Of a stretch of DNA of 64,000 nucleotides, positions 1 to 13,254 are shown piece after piece. The stretch is taken from assembly GCF_009914755.1 (NCBI RefSeq), contig NC_060936.1; one strand, written 5' to 3'. The notes under the pieces were generated by a model. The model saw nothing but the letters and a program-made list of their open reading frames with translations. It did no database searches and was not told the DNA's origin. Every line of letters starts with the position of its first letter. The stretch's first letter is position 1. The translations under genes were made by a program, and so were the position numbers. Source of the stretch: the human T2T-CHM13v2.0 reference genome, Homo sapiens.

Positions 1-719
1 ATTAATTTATCAAAGAGCTCAGATGATGTTATAACACCTGCTACCAGAATTCCTCTCAGGGCAGGATAATCTTGGTTTGCCGAAATACTTTTTTAGCCAC
101 TTGGGAGAGAAGTTGAAATTTGAAGAGCATTGTCTTGGTAGAAATCTCTTAAAGAATACAATGATTAAACTGGCTTGCAGGAGAAATCCAGAAGAAGTTT
201 ATTTTCTTCCTGTGAAGGAATGAGAGAAAAATTAAAAGTAATGTAGAAAAAAGAAAGGGATAATAAAGGAACTAGATATATGGAATGGGTTAAGAGAAAT
301 ACAGAGAAAGCCCATTGAAAAAACAAGGTGGTGTAATAGAAAAAACTTTATTTTAAGCAAAGACGCATATAATTTTTAAGATTCTGTTTTGGGCTGAACA
401 TCAGCAAAATGGTAGAATAGGGTTTTCCACTCCTTGTCCTACTGCATAAACATCAACTTGAACAACTATCTGAAACACACACAAAAAAACCATCACAGAG
501 CTAAGGAAACCAGAAGAGAAATTATAGCACCTGAGTGTAGCACAGAAATAAGAAAAAAATGCATCAAAGAGGATAGAAAGGACAGTCATGCGTTACTTGC
601 ATCACTCCTTTCTCACCTCCAGGCAGCACAGCATGGAGAGAGATACTTCTGCTTGGGTGAAGGAGAAAACAGTGAGTACAAGACTTTGCCTCAGATCCCA
701 ACACTCAGTGTTGGGCAGC

Positions 720-2060
720 ACCCATGACCCCAGACTTCAGGCCAATACCTACTGACTAAGCCTCTGGGTTGGTTCCAATGCCAGGCCAGATCCCACAACT
801 CCAGACTCCAGGCTTGTTCAGCATACTTGGTCTCTGGGCCCACAGCAACACCAGGCCAAACCCAATGGCACCAGAGGACCCAGCCTCCAGACTGACCCCT
901 TTGGATACATGTTCTAGGCTGATCCAGCATCAGGCCAGCCCCTGTGATCCTTGGCTCCAGGCTCACCTCAAGTTCCAACTCAGCTCTGACATATGTCAAC
1001 CCATATAGCCCCAGGCCTCAGGCCCATGCCAGTGCCAGATAAACACCCCTAGCCTCAGGCACCAGACTGGCACCTGTAGATACAGGCTCGAGGCTTGCAC
1101 AATGCTAGGCTAGTCCTTGCAGTTCCACACTCTAGGCCAGCCCCTGTGACCCCATGCTCCAACAGAACTAGGGTACAGGCTTTCTCTAGAAGACCCAGGA
1201 TCCAGGTTTGCCCCAGTAGACTTTTACTAGGATATCTCCCACGGACTCAGGCTCTAGGACTGCCTCCTGTGGATCAGGTTCCAAGTCCACCTCCACAACC
1301 CTAGAACCAAGGCCAGACTTTGCAGGCCTAGCTTCCGAACCAACTACTGCACAACCAGCCTCTCTAAACCAAGGCTCTAGGCATTAGGATAGCACCTATG
1401 ATGCCAGGCTCCACAGTAGCCCTTATGGGTCCATTTTCCATGTCTGTCCCAGTACCAGGCTGGACCTAGGCTCCAGGCCAGTCTTCATGGCCTCAGACTC
1501 CAGAGGATCCAAAGTCCAGTACTACTCTGGCATATCTAGACTACAGGCCCGCCCCAGTAGACCCTGGTGTCAGGCCAACTACCAGAGAGAGACTGAAGCT
1601 CCAATGCCACCCCCACAGGCCCAGGATCCAAGCCAGGCCAACCCCCATGGGCCCAGAACCCAGATCTTCCTGAACAGACTCAGGCTCCAGGCCTACTTCA
1701 GCACCAGGTCAGCCTGTGAACTCAAGCTTCAGGCTTGACCCACTGGACCCAAGCACCAGGATAATTCTAGCACCTGACTGACCTCTATAGACTCAAGCTC
1801 AAGGTCAGTCCCAGAGTCAAGTTAACTGCTGTGGATTTAAGCTTTAGGATGGCCCCAGGAGATGAAGGCTCCAGGTCTACCCTCACATACTCTTGCTCCA
1901 GATATATCTCCACAAACCCAATCAAAATATCCACTCCAGTGAGTCCAGGTTCCAAACTCAACCCAGCTGACCCAGATAACAGGCCCACTCACCTGCTAAA
2001 CCAAGCACCAGACCTGCCTATCTGAGGACCCCAGCAACAAGCCAGCCCATGAACCATGCC
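720..2060 (+). repeat. Degenerate ~26-27 bp tandem array in the L1 5' region
   Basis: Recurrent units resembling ggacccaggctccaggccagcccctgt (e.g. agttccacactctaggccagcccctgt, ggactcaggctctaggactgcctcctgt, agacccaggatccaggtttgccccagt). Confidence 0.75.
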
Positions 2061-2405
2061 AGACAGCCTGCTCAGAATCTCTGGATGGGCTGATTGGTAA
2101 AGGGTTTTCGCAGACACAGTCAATCTGCAGAGATGGTAATAACTCCGAACTTCTACAATAAACAGACACCAATACTAAGCCACAAAAATTAAGACCAATC
2201 GGGAAACATAACACTACCAGAGAAACAAAATAAAACACGAGTAACTGACCTTAAAGAAATGGATATTTATGAGCTCCCCAATTTAAAAAGAAATTCAAAA
2301 TAAATGGTTTACAAAAGCTCAGTGAAATTCAAGAAAATACAAAGAAGCAATTAAATAAAATCAGAAAAATAATAAACAACTAAAATTAGAACTTAGATAC
2401 ACTGA

Positions 2406-2985
2406 GTGGCGATTCCTTAGGGATCTAGAACTAGAAATACCATTTGACCCAGCCATCCCATTACTGGGTATATACCCAAAGGACTGTAAATCATGCTGCT
2501 ATAAAGACACATGCACACGTATGTTTACTGCGGCACTATTCACAATAGCAAAGACTTGGAACCAACCCAAATGTCCAACAATGATAGACTGGATTAAGAA
2601 AATGTGGCACATATACACCATGGAATACTATGCAGCCATAAAAAATGATGAGTTCATGTCCTTTGTAGGGACATGGATGAAATTGGAAATCATCATTCTC
2701 AGTAAACTATCGCAAGAACAAAAAACCAAACACCGCATATTCTCACTCATAGGTGGGAATTGAACAATGAGAACACATGGACACAGGAAGGGGAACATCA
2801 CACTTTGGGGACTGTTGTAGGGTGGGGGGAGGGGGGAGGGATAGCATTAGGAGATATATCTAATGCTAAATGACGAGTTAATGGGTGCAGCACACCAGCA
2901 TGGCACTTGTATACATATGTAACTAACCTGCACATTGTGCACATGTACCCTAAAACTTAAAGTATAATAATAATAAAATAAAATA
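2406..2985 (+). mobile_element. 5'-truncated young L1 (L1PA3-like) 3' end
   Basis: ORF2 C-terminus (ORF 2521-2763 ...KTKHRIFSLIGGN), G-rich 3' UTR, aatgctaaatgacgagttaatgggtgcagcacaccagc (GAG, not the Ta ACA), A-rich tail. Confidence 0.92.
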
Positions 2986-4192
2986 ATTAAAAAAAAAATC
3001 TTCTGACAAATGAGGATGGACACACAACTATGAAAACTTATGCAATCTAGCAAAAGGAGCTCTAAAACAGAAGTTTGTAACATAAACCCCTACAGCAAAA
3101 AAACAAGGATATGAAATCAACACCCGAATCTTATAATTCAAAAAACAGCAAACTATAATCCTAAAGTTAGATGTTAAAAATTAATCAAGATCAGAACAGA
3201 ATTGAATAGAGACTAGGAAAAACAACAGAAAATATCCACAAAATTAGATGTTGGTTTATTGACAAAAAAAAAAAAAAAAAAACAAAGGAAGAAAAATAAA
3301 ACTTCAGCTGGACAAAATAGGGGGAAAAAAAGAGAAAAGACACAAATAGACATTACAACTGATCCCACCAAAATCCAAAGGTTCATAAGAGATTATTAAG
3401 AACAATGATATGCCAAAAAACTGGATAAATTAGAAGAAATGGATAAATGCCTAGACATGTACAACCTAGCAGGTGTGAATCATGAAGAAACTGAAAATCT
3501 CAATAGACTAATAATAAGGAGATTTGATAATGAAACGAAAAGTCTCCCATCCAAGAAAGGCTCAGGATTTAATCACTTTTTACTGCTCAATTCTACCAAA
3601 CATATTAAAAAGAGCTAGTATGAATCCTCAAATTTTTCCAAAAAGGGCATATTTCCAAACTCATTTTATGAGGTCAGCATTACCCTGACATCAAAGCCAG
3701 ACAAGGACACTACAATAAAGAAATTTACAGAGCAATAATATCCCTGATCAACATAGATACATAAATCCTCAATAAAATACTACCAAACCTAATTCAACAG
3801 CACATTAAAAAAATCATTAATCATGATGAAGTTGGATTCATATTAGAGATGTAAGGATGCTTCAGCATGTGGAAATATAACTATGATAGACTAACAGGAT
3901 AAAGGGCAAAGACCATATGATAATCTTAATACATGAAGAAAAAGAATTTGACATAATTCAACATCCTTTTAAATAAAAACTGCCAATAAATTAGGTATAG
4001 AAGGAATGAACCTCAACACAGTGAAGGTTATATATGACCACCCACATCTAAGATTATACTCAACTGAGAAAAGTTGAAAGCTTTTGCTTTAAGAACAGGA
4101 CCAACATGAGGATGCCCACTCTTGCCACTTGAATTCACCATACTACTGGAAGTCCTAGCCAGAGCAATTGGGTATGAAAAAGAAATAAAATT

Positions 4193-4422
<230 letters not shown>

Positions 4423-4784
4423 TGTAACCAAGTAAAAGAGGAATAAATGATTTTTTTTCTGTTTGCAGGTGAAATAAACTTGCATATAGAAAATTCTATA
4501 AAAACTTTACCTAAAAACTATTAGAAGTAATAAATAAGTAATCTTGCCTGACCCAAAATCAATTCACAAAAAACAGCATTTCTATAAACTAACAAGGAAT
4601 ATCAAAAAAAAAGAGAAAGAAATAAATAAAGAAAACAATTCCTTTTATAATAGCTGCAAAAGTAAAACCCTTAGGAATAAATTTAGCCAAGGAGTGAAAA
4701 GTCAGTACACTACAGACTAAAAATTATAAAAGTGATGAAAGAATTTGAAGAAGACATAAATAAATGGAAAGCTATCCCCTGTTC

Positions 4785-6187
4785 TGCAGCCAATAAATGT
4801 ATGAAAAAGCTCAGCATCACTGATCATTAGACAAATGCAAATCAAAACCGCAATGAGATACCATCTCACACCAGTCAGAATGGTGATTATTAAAAAGTCA
4901 AAAAATAACAGATGCTGGCAAGGTTGTGGAAAAAGGGAACACTTATACACTTCTGGCGGAAATGTAAATTACTTCAACCATTGTGGAAAACAGTGTGGTG
5001 ATTCCTCAAAGACATAAAAACAGATATATTAGTTGACCCAGCAATCCCGTTACTGGGTATATACCCAAAGATAAATTGTTCTATCATAAAGAGACACTTC
5101 TCAAAAGAAGACATTTATGCAGCCAACAGACACATGAAAAAATGTTCATCATCACTGGTCATCAGAGAAATGCAAATCAAAACCACAATGAGATATCGTC
5201 TCATGCCAGTTAGAATGGCGATTATTAAAAAGACAGGAAACAACAGATGCTGGAGAGAATATGGAGAAATAAGAACGTTTTTACACTGTGGGTTGGAGTG
5301 TAAATTAGTTCAACTGTTGTGGAAGTGGCGTTCCTCAAGGATCTAGAACTAGAAATACCATTTGACCCAGCCATCCCATTACTGGGTATATACCCAAAGG
5401 ATTATAAATCATGCTACTATAAAGACACATGCACACGTATGTTTATTGTGGCACTATTCACAATAGCAAAGACTTGGAACCAACCCAAATGTCCATCAAT
5501 GATAGACTGGATTAAGAAAATGTGGTACATATACACCATGGAATAGTATGCAGCCATAAAAAAGGATGAGTTCATGTCCTTTGAATGGACATGTATGAAG
5601 CTGGAAACCATCATTCTTGGCAAACTATCACAAAGACAGAAAACCAAACACTGCATGTTCTCACTCATAGGTGTGAGTTGAACAATGAGAATACATGGAC
5701 ACAGGGCAGGGAACATCACACACCAGGGCCTGTCATGGGGTGGGGGCCTGGGGGAGGGATAGTATTAGGAGAAATACCTAACATGAATGAAGAGTTTATG
5801 GGTGCAGCAAACCAACATAGCATGTGTATACCTATGTAACAAACCTACACGTTGTGCACATGTACCCTAGAACTTACTAGAGGCCTTTATCTTTAGCAAA
5901 CTAATGTGGAACAGAAAACCAAATACCCCATGTTTTCACTTATAACCTGGAGCTAAATTATGAGAACACATGGACACACAGAGAGGAACAAAAGACACTG
6001 GGGCCTACAAGGGGGTGCAGGGTGGGAGGAGGGGGAGGATCAGGAAAAAATAACCAATGTGTACCTGGCTTAGAAACTGGGTGATGAAATAATCTGCACA
6101 ACAAACCCCCATGACACAAATTTACCTACATAATAAACCTACACATGTACTCCTGAACCTAAAAGTTAAAAAAGCATACGTATCAAA
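4785..6187 (+). mobile_element. L1PA11-13-like 3' fragment nested in the L1MA and itself interrupted by a younger L1
   Basis: ORF2 end at 4785-5091 and 3' UTR at 5877-6173. Diverged TSD aaagctatcccctgttc (4768-4784) / aaaggcatcccatattc (6188-6204). Confidence 0.8.
5092..5876 (+). mobile_element. L1PA6-like 3' fragment lacking a poly-A tail
   Basis: ORF2 C-terminal fragments (ORFs 5134-5346 and 5319-5546). The 3' UTR ends at gtaccctagaactta. Confidence 0.85.
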
Positions 6188-8187
6188 AAAGGCATCCCAT
6201 ATTCAAAGATTAGAAAATTTATATTGTTAAAATGTTCGTATTACCCAAAGCAAACTACAGATTTAATGTAATCCCTATTAAAATTCCAATGACAGTTTTC
6301 AGAGAAATGGAAAAGACAATCTTAAAATCTGCATGAAACCACAAAAGATTCCAAATAGCAAAAGCAATCTCGAGCAATAAAACCAGAAGCTGGAGGCGTG
6401 ACACTACTTGACTTCAAAATATACTACAAAGCTGTAGTAATGAAAACAACATGGTACTGGCACAAAAACAGACACATAAGCCAACAGAACACAATAGCCT
6501 AGAAAGAAATCCAAGCATTTATTGTCAAATGACATTTTGACAAAGGTTCCAGGAACACATTAGAAAAGGAGAGTCTTTCAATAATTTAGGTTGTAACAAC
6601 TGTATGTTCACATGCAGAATAATGAAATTAGACTCTAATCTATACTAAATATAAACATTACCTCAAAATTGATTAGAGATTTCAACGTAAGACCTGAAAC
6701 TGTAAAACTACTAGAAGAAAACATAGGATATAAGCTTCATGACATTGGTCTGGACAATGAATTTTTGGATATGACCTCAAAAGTACAAGTCACAAAAGTA
6801 AAAATAAACCAGTAGGGCTACATCAAACTAAAAAGCTTCTTCTAGTAAAGGAAACAAATCAAAAGAGTGAAAAGACAATCTACAGAATGGAAAAAATATT
6901 TGCAAATCGTATATCTGATTAAAGGTTAATATCCAAAACATATAAGGAACTCAACTCAATAACAATAAAACAAATAACCCTATTTAAAAATGGGCTAAAG
7001 ACCTGAATAAATATTTCTCAAAATAAGACATTTGAATGGCCAACAGGTATATGAAAAACTGCTCCATATCACTAATAATTAGAGGAATGAAATTAAAACC
7101 ACAATGAGATATCAACTCAGACCTGTTAAAATAGATTTTATCAAAATATGAAGGATAAATATTGACAAGGGTATGGAGAAAAGAGAAACCTTGAATACTG
7201 TTGATGGGAATGTAAATTAGTACAGCCATTGAGGAAAATAATATGGAAATTTCTCAAAAATTAACAATTGAACTACCGTATAATCCAACAATTCTACTTC
7301 TGAACATATATCCAAAGGAAATGAAATCAGGATATGCAAGAGATATCTGTACTGCCATGTTCTTTGCAGCATTATTCATAATAGCCAAGATATGGAATCA
7401 ACCTAAGTGTCCATCAGTGGATGCATGGATAAAAAGTGTGGTATATATACTATTCAGCCTTAAAATAGAAGAAAATTCTATTCATTTGTAATAATATCGA
7501 TAAACTTGGAGGACACCATGTTAGTTAGAATATGACTGGCAAAGAAAGGCTGAATGATCTCACTTACATGTGGAATCTAAAGAGCTGATCTCATTGAAAC
7601 AGAGTAGATGATAGTTACCAAGGGCTGCAGAGTGGAGTGGGTTTAGGAGATGTCGTTCAAATGATACAAAATTTCAATTAATCAAGAAATCTATTGTACA
7701 ACATAGTGACTATAGTTAATAAAATGTATTCTTGAAAATCTCTGAGAGAGTAGATTTTAAGTGTTCTCTTTACAAAAAATTGTAAGTATGTTAGGTAATG
7801 CACATGTTAATTAATTCAATTTAGCATTCCACATTGTTTATATTTTTCAATACATCATGCTATACATAATAAATATATATAATTTTATAATTAATTAAAA
7901 CAATGAATTTTAAAAAATATTCTGTTGGAGCATAATGAGAGCCTCCCCACATATAGATGTCAGTATTCAAATATTGATTTTATTTGTATGTTTGCTTGTT
8001 TTTGAGGTTGAAAGTCTCATGTCTTCATTGATATAGTGTGGGATTGGGACATCAGGAATAGTAGTAGTAATTAATATTAATGACTAAATACTAATTTGCA
8101 TTGACTAAACTATGAAAGGAACAGGCCAAGAAAGTTGGAGAATATATAAGAAAACATGTATTCTAAATATTCAAATTTTATTACACT

Positions 8188-8720
8188 GTTAATAGTCAGA
8201 CTACTAAACATATAACTCAAAAAAGTTATAGAATACATTTCTTAGTTGCCTTTCTAAAATAGGTATGACTTAGTTAAAGAAAAGTAAAAGGAACATTTAT
8301 CTATCTGTCTATTGTACACACAGACAAATACATTTATACATATGTGAATTACTGGAAAATTCCACGTTTTGGGGAGGGAAATTAGGTAGTTGAAGAGATG
8401 ATAAACTATACTTAAAAATAAAAATAATATTCATTAAAATTATACTTCAGGCAAGAAAATTATTTTCATTTCTTAAGAATGGTTTATCATCTCTTCAACT
8501 ACCTAATTTCCCCCACAATGGAATTTTCCAATAATTCACATATGTATAAATGTATTTGTGTGTGTATACACCTAGACAGATAAATGTTCCTTTTACTTTT
8601 CTTTAAGTCATACCTATTTTAGAAAGGCAACTAAGAAAATTGAATATTTTCAATAGATTACACAAAATAATGTATTCTATAACTTTTCTGAGTTGTATCT
8701 TTATTAATCTGAATATTGAC
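8188..8720. repeat. Long inverted repeat (fold-back palindrome), arms ~245/265 bp, spacer ~24 bp
   Basis: 8188-8431 is the reverse complement of 8456-8720. Exact blocks include tttcttagttgcctttctaaaataggtatgactta and gggaaattaggtagttgaagagatgataaac. Confidence 0.97.
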
Positions 8721-8949
8721 CAAGTATGCTAAATACTATTAGCACAGGTATCGAGTACAAAATTTTATTGTTTCAACATGAAAATACATTGGTTTTCTTC
8801 TACTTTTTTCTTGAGAATTAATGTGACTAAAATATATCAGATGATTTTATTCAAATTGCCTGACACATTAGTAGTGGTTGATAAATCAGCCTGACAGCAG
8901 GATTAAACCTCCTGATTAGACCTCACTGGGAGAAGAACAACATGCTTGA

Positions 8950-9300
8950 CTGTGTGAGTTCCCAGGAAGCAGATTCTGAGAATTTAGTACTCAGAATGTT
9001 TACTAGGGAGGGCTTTTAGGATGAATAACTTAGGAAGGGAGGTTAAGAAAGCAAGATGGGACAAAGAGAGAAACTGAGTTGTGATAAATGCCCAAATGCT
9101 GTGGGAAGTGCTAAGGCAGAAATAACCTGTAGGAGTTCTCCCATCTTGCCCCATGTGGCTGTGCCCTTATACCCAACCTTTATCACGCATCAGACTTGGT
9201 CCATCCTGAAAGAGCTTTACCTTGGGCAAGGTGGCTCTACCTGCTACTGAGAAAATGAAGGCTGTCCACTAACAGCATTCTCAGTATCGGACCCAATTCT
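8950..9300. mobile_element. Ancient ERVL LTR (LTR16/LTR33-like)
   Basis: gttcccaggaagcagattctgag...tttactagggag...agcaagatgggacaaagagagaaactgagttgtgat resembles LTR16-family sequence. Confidence 0.6.
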
Positions 9301-9365
9301 CCCCATGAAAGCCAGGTTTGTGATGATCATGAGCAATAAAATTAAATATTGTGGTAGAGTTATTT

Positions 9366-12213
9366 AGTTTAATTTGTTCTGTTTGTTTTTTACTTTGACT
9401 TTGTTCCTATTGTGGTAAAATCACGACTTGAGATCTATCCCCTTCCTTTTTTTTTTTTTTTTTAAACAGGGTCAGGCTGTGTCGCCCAGGCTGGTGTGCG
9501 CACAGGTCTCACTGCAGCCTCGGCCTCCAAGGCTCAAGCAATTCTCCTCCCACAACCTACTAAGTAGCTGAGACCATAGGCACACAGCACCATGCCCAGA
9601 TAATTTATTTATTTTATTTATTTTTATTTTTTGTTGAGACAGTTTTTCACCTTGGTGCCCCGGCTAGGCTCGAACTCCTGGGCTCAAGCAATCTTCCCGC
9701 CTCGGTCTCCCAAAGTGATGAGATTATATGAGTGAGTTTTCACACCCAGCCAAGATCTACCCTCTTAACAAATGTTTAAGCACTGAATACAATATTGTTA
9801 ACTAAAGGCACAATGTTGCACAACATATCTCTAGAACTTATTCACCTTGTATAACTGAAAGTTTACACCCATTGAACATCAGCTCCTCACTCCTCATTTC
9901 CCCTTGTGCCCAGACCCTGGTAACCATCATTCTAACTTCCTGTTTCTGTGAGTTTGACTATTTTAGATACCTCATGGAAGTGGAATCCTGTAGGTTTGTT
10001 ATTCTGTAACTGGCTTATTCCACTTAGCATAACGTCTTCCAGGTTCATCCTTCTTGTTGTGCATGGCAGGATTTCCTTCGTTTTTAAAGCTGAATAATAT
10101 TTTATTGTATGTTATACCACATTTTCTTTACCCATTCATTTGTCAATGAGCATTTAGTTTATAACCATATCTTGACTATTGTAAACAGTGTGCAAAGAAC
10201 ACAGGAGCACCAATATTTCTTTGAGATAGTGATTTCATTTCCTTTGGATATATACTCAGAAGTAGAATTGCTGAATCACATGCTACTTCTATTTTTAACT
10301 ATTGGAGGAACCACCAGGCTATTTTTCATAATGGCTGAAACACTTTTACATTTCCACCAATAGTGTAATAGCGTTCTAATTTCGTCACATTGTTGTTAGC
10401 ACATATCTTTTGTCTTTTTGATAATAGCTATTCTAACAGGTATAATAAGGTGATACCTCATTGTAGTTTTGATTTGCATTTCCTTGACGATTCGTGATTT
10501 GGAATGTTTTTCTATATACTGTTGTCCATGCGTATGTCCTCTTTGGAGATTCCTATTTATGTTTTTTCCCATTTTTTAACCAGGTTATTTGTTTATTTGC
10601 TATTGAAGTGTTTGAGTTCCTTATATATTTTGGTTATTAACCCCTTACCAGATGTATGATTTCCAATCTATTCTCTGAATTCTTAGATTATCACTTTTCT
10701 TGGTTGATTATTTTATTTGCCGTGGAGTAGTTTTTTTGGTTTATGTAATCCCATTTGTCTATTTTCGCTTTTGTTGCTTGTGCCTTTGATGTCATATTCA
10801 ATAAATCACTACCAAAACAAATGTCATGAGGCTTTTCCCCTATGTTTTATTCTAGGAGTTTATACTTTCAGGTCGTTTAAATCTTTCATCTATTTTCACT
10901 TTGTATGTGTGTGTGTTGTGTGTACCATGTAAAGTAAGGGTACAATTTCATTCTTTTGCATGTGGTATCCAGTTTTTCCAGCACCATTTGTTGCAGAGTG
11001 GATAATACACTATAATCAAGTGAGATTTATCCCTCAGCATGGTTCAACATATGTAAATCAATTAATGTGATATACTACCTTAGCAAAGTGAAGGATAAAA
11101 ATCACATGATCTTCTCAATAGATGCAGAAAAAGCATTTGACAAAATCCAACATAGTTTAATGATAAAAACTCTCAATAAATAAGAATAGAAGGAATTTAC
11201 CTGTGGGAAATTCTTGCTTATTGAGAGTTTTTATTCTTTTTTCTATTCTTGTTTATTAAGAGTTTTTATCATGAAAATATGCTGGATTTTTCATAAGTGG
11301 CCTTTATACTCAATGGTGAAAACCTGAAAACTTTTCTTCTAATATAAGGAATAAGGCAATGACTCCTATTTTACTACTTCTATCCAACATACTACTAGAA
11401 GTCCTAGTTGGAGAAATTCGGCAAAGAAAAAGAAATATAAAGATTCCAAATCAGAAAGGAAGAAGTAAAATTATCTCAGTTTGCAGATGACATAATCTTA
11501 TATTAAAAAATCCTAAATAATTCTCACATACAAACAGAAACTGTAGAATTGATAAACAAATTCAATAAAGTTGCAAGATACAAAATCAACATGAAAATAT
11601 TAGTTGTGTTTTTACATACTAATAATGAACTATCTGAAAAGCAAATTAAGAAACAATCCAATTTACCATAACATTGAATATAATAAAATATTTAGAAATG
11701 AACTAACTCAAGAAGGTAAAAAACTTTTACACAGAAGACTATAAAACATTGGTGAAAGACTTCAAGATACATACAAATAGAAAGGCAACCTGTGTTTATG
11801 GTTTGGAACAATTAATATTAAAATTATCATACTACTCAAAGCTATCCATAGATTCAGTGCAATTCCTATAAAAATCCCATGGCATATTTTACAGAAATGA
11901 AAGACAACAGTCCTTAAATTTATATGGAACCACAAATAAACCTCTAATGGACAAAGTAATCTAAAGAAAGAAGAGAAAAGCTGGAAGGCATCAAACTTCC
12001 AAATTTCAAAAACATATTATGAACTTCAGTAATTAACACCATATGGTATTGGCATAGACATGAACATGCAGACCAATAGAACAGAATAGAAAGCCCATAA
12101 ATAAACCTATGAATGTATGGTCAACAGGTGTTCAGCAAGGATGTCAAGAGCACACAATAGGGAAAATATAGTCTCTTCAAACAAATGATGTTGAAAAAAC
12201 TGGATGTTCAGGT
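9366..12213 (-). mobile_element. L1MA8/9-like element with an inverted 5' part (9366-10998 minus, 10999-12213 plus)
   Basis: L1MA-type 3' UTR on the minus strand, switching at ~10998 to plus-strand ORF2. Candidate TSD gta(g/a)agttattt on both flanks. Confidence 0.85.
9445..9752 (-). mobile_element. AluJ
   Basis: Poly-T, dimeric Alu with cctgggctcaagcaatc. TSD agatctatcccctt / agatctaccctctt. Confidence 0.92.
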
Positions 12214-13094
12214 GTAAAGTTATTTTAATATAACCTGTTCCATGCTGCATCACGTTGGTCATTTTTTAAAAAATACTGTAATTTGCATAGATATCAATGG
12301 CATTTATCTCTTATGCCATCTTTGTATTATCTTAACTTTCACCCCAGAAAGAGCAGTGTGACACTGTCTATTTTTAACAGTTGTTTGATGATTTTTTTAA
12401 AGCTGAAAATGTAACAGTTTGTGGTGGTAATCCATTTCCAAATATCCTAGCAAATTGTAGATGTCAAAGAGCCTATCTTAAAGAATTTCGGAGCTGAGTT
12501 ATTTTTTTCCCTAACATTAGCAATGACCATTTTCACTTTGACTTCACAGCATGTCATCATGTTTCACTTGCTCACAATTTACTCCATTCCCCTGCATGCT
12601 TCCCACACACAAATGTTGATGCTTACATTTCCTCTACCATTCCTTAGGCCCTACTCTCTCCATGACTGGCTACAGATTTGGTACTGAGGAATTTATACCT
12701 TGTTTCAAAAGTCTGTGAAAATTTTACCTGATTAACTAGAACATTATTTCCATTAAAGCATCATGTGTCTTTTACTTCTTCCATCCTAATACCCACCCAA
12801 TCATTGACTTTCAATTGTTTGTAACATAATGATAACTTGAATATGAAAATATTATGATCTTCAAATAAAATCCTAGGCTGCTGTCTACCACCAAGTGTAC
12901 AATTTGCCATTTCTGATTATAGAAATATGTCTTAACCTTAAAGAATCAAGGACTCCAGGGATCTTTAAGTTCTGGTAGTGAGGAGAGTCAAAAAGGTATA
13001 TCTCACCAAAGAGCCAGTGAAAAGGTAAGAACATCATTATCATATTGCAAATTTAGAACCTAATGTAAAGTTGAATTTTAAAAACAGAGTCAAG

Positions 13095-13240
13095 GCTGGG
13101 CATGGTAGCTTACACCTGTAATTCCGCAATTTGGAAGGCCAAGGCAGGAGGATTGCTTGGGCCTGGGAGGCAAAGGTTGCAGGGAGCCATGATTGATCAT
13201 GCCACTACACTCCAGCCTTGGCGACAGAGTGAGATGCTGA
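13095..13240 (+). mobile_element. Alu monomer (FRAM/FAM-like)
   Basis: Single Alu arm. TSD agagtcaag before it and after the GA-rich tail. Confidence 0.85.
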
Positions 13241-13254
13241 AAAGAATGAACACA

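Noticed and set aside
720-2060. CRISPR-like or prokaryotic repeat array
   Set aside because: Units are degenerate and contiguous with no unique spacers. The context is a mammalian L1 5' region and there are no cas-like ORFs.
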